NCBI RefSeq assembly: GCF_035084215.1
Contig: NC_090340.1
Location: 48,298,001-48,362,000 of the forward strand
Reading direction: 5' to 3'
DNA: 64,000 bases
Origin: Heptranchias perlo
Taxonomy: Eukaryota
Position numbers and translations under genes: made by a program. Each line of letters opens with the position of its first letter. Within the stretch, counting starts at the first letter, position 1. Positions 62,426 through 64,000 of this stretch are shown here, in pieces. Under the pieces are notes generated by a model. That model was not told the origin of the DNA. It saw only the letters and a program-made list of their open reading frames with translations, and made no database searches.

Positions 62426-63583
62426 GCGCCCTCCTATCCTGATCGTGTCAGTTTGAGGAGCTCCAAAATATTGGTAAATTTGTCTGAAAACCAGAATTCT
62501 TAGTCTCAAAGAACTCACAATCTAAACACAAACATTTGCCTGAGAGAACTAAGTGCCCAGCTGCAATATCTCAACTTTTATTGAGATGTGTCAATCACTG
62601 GTTTAAAGGGCCAAATGAACTTCAGCTACAACTTGCCTCCGTTTCAGTGGCATGTTTCAGAAGCCATTGGAGACACATTCAGGAGAAATTAAATAAATTT
62701 TTGTTTCAGGATACACAAAATGTTAAGTACCTCAAGTATATAAAAGTACCTAAATTGCCTCTTTAACTATCAGCCTGCCGGCATTTCGTGGGGACAGGAC
62801 TTCCGGGTTCCTGTTGCGCGCGCATCCTTACACGGCTGGGTTAAACCCGGAAGTGGACACATTGGAGCCCGTGGTCCCGCTCCAAAAAGCAACTATTTTT
62901 ACTGTCCCCAACCCACCTGTTCTTAGGGGTTAAAGTAACCCCCCTGGAGTCAATTTTCAAGCATGATCTGCAATTTTTTTGGACAAATGGTTATGTAGCT
63001 CAATTAATGGAGGACAGGACTGAAACCTCAAAGCCACCAAGGGCAGGGAATGCACGATATGTGTAAAGCCCATGCATCTTTGAGGGCCCTGGGGGAATTA
63101 TAAACAAAAATGTCTTTAGTTCTTTTTAAGACTCTGTTCCTGTAGGTATTACTTTCAAACTTATTAAAATGTGAGTGATTCTACTTCCAAGGATTTGCAG
63201 AACCACTCTTCATGTAGCATTGCAGTTCTGAGTTTCTGGTAACTCACTGGAAAAAAGGATAACTGCCTCCTGTCCAGAGATTTTGAATTAGATTGGGGGA
63301 GGTTACAATCCCTTACACTCTTCGCACCACCGCCCCCCTCCCCCTCAATCCAAGTGCAGCAATTTTATAATATATATGGTAGAATAACTGTGTATAGAGT
63401 TTTATATTTAGCCCACAGAGATGTTTTTAGTAATAAATGTACAGGGGTAATGAATGGAAGATAGCACGAAAGCACGTGTAGCACAATCCAAAAATGGAAT
63501 CCTAGCTACACACCTAGCTTGGTATCAAATCATATCAATCATCAGAAGATAGGACCTAGAGGAATTTGCTTCAGCCAACTTAC

Positions 63584-63653
63584 CATAGTGTAACCACTTT
63601 TGGAGTCATGGGCTTCAGAGGCACTCCATATGCACGTGCCAGCCCAAAATCCG
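63584..63653 (-). CDS. CDK10: CDK10 exon 8 ([23 protein letters not shown])
   Basis: 70 nt, ttgcag / gtaagt; DFG motif and activation loop MTPKVVTLW. Exons 1-7 lie beyond the window. Confidence 0.95.
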
Positions 63654-63714
63654 CTGCAATGAAGAACAATACATTTGGAAGATTTAAAGTAGGAAATCTA
63701 TGTACAATGGTTAG

Positions 63715-63885
63715 AAAGAAGAAATAACTTGTATTTATAGCACGCCTTTCACAACCTCAGGGCATCCCAAAGTGCTTCAAAGTCAAAGAATTACTTTTGA
63801 AATGTAGTCACTATTGTGGCAGCTAATATGTGCACAGCAAAGTCCCATAAACAGTAATGAGATAACTTCGCAGATAGTATGTGGG
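63715..63885 (-). mobile_element. SINE with L2-type tail
   Basis: AACTTGTATTTATAGCACGCCTTTCACAACCTCAGGGCATCCCAAAGTGCTT. Confidence 0.65.
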
Positions 63886-64000
63886 TGCAAAATGCCTAAA
63901 AAGCAGGGAGGAAAATAATGAAAAAAGAACTGACAATACAAACACTGAATTGAAAACTGCTGCTGAATTTTTAAAAGCTTATTCCAAAATGGTCCCATGC

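Larger units (their letters stand above)
59366..62944. mobile_element. Decayed PIF/Harbinger transposon (Myb/SANT gene +, transposase -), left end missing
   Basis: Convergent remnants of both Harbinger genes; right terminus TTCTTAGGGGTTAAAGTAACCCCC; lies in CDK10 intron 8. Confidence 0.85.

Overview
Eukaryotic, intron-rich DNA with a repeat content typical of a cartilaginous fish (shark); the taxon is inferred only from the repeats and genes. Three protein-coding genes are visible. (1) The first four coding exons of an uncharacterised short-chain dehydrogenase/reductase (SDR)-like gene lie on the minus strand (20597 to 5229), and the gene continues off the left edge. (2) A complete two-coding-exon SPATA2L (462 aa) lies on the plus strand (45180-46946). 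(3) The last six exons (8-13) of CDK10 lie on the minus strand (63653 to 53759), convergent with SPATA2L as at human 16q24.3. The rest is mostly transposon debris: CR1-clade, L2 and Tx1 LINE fragments, L2-tailed SINEs, Penelope-like elements carrying minimal hammerhead-ribozyme motifs, a decayed two-gene PIF/Harbinger transposon in CDK10 intron 8, and several families of Harbinger-type MITEs. The most interesting unexplained signals are a chain of short, phase-compatible minus-strand exon candidates between SPATA2L and the SDR gene, a degenerate ~59-bp hairpin-bearing tandem array, a 56-bp-arm hairpin just upstream of the first SPATA2L coding exon, and SPATA2-like motifs in SPATA2L. I found no prokaryotic system, CRISPR array, tRNA or rRNA. 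Repeat boundaries are approximate and read by eye.
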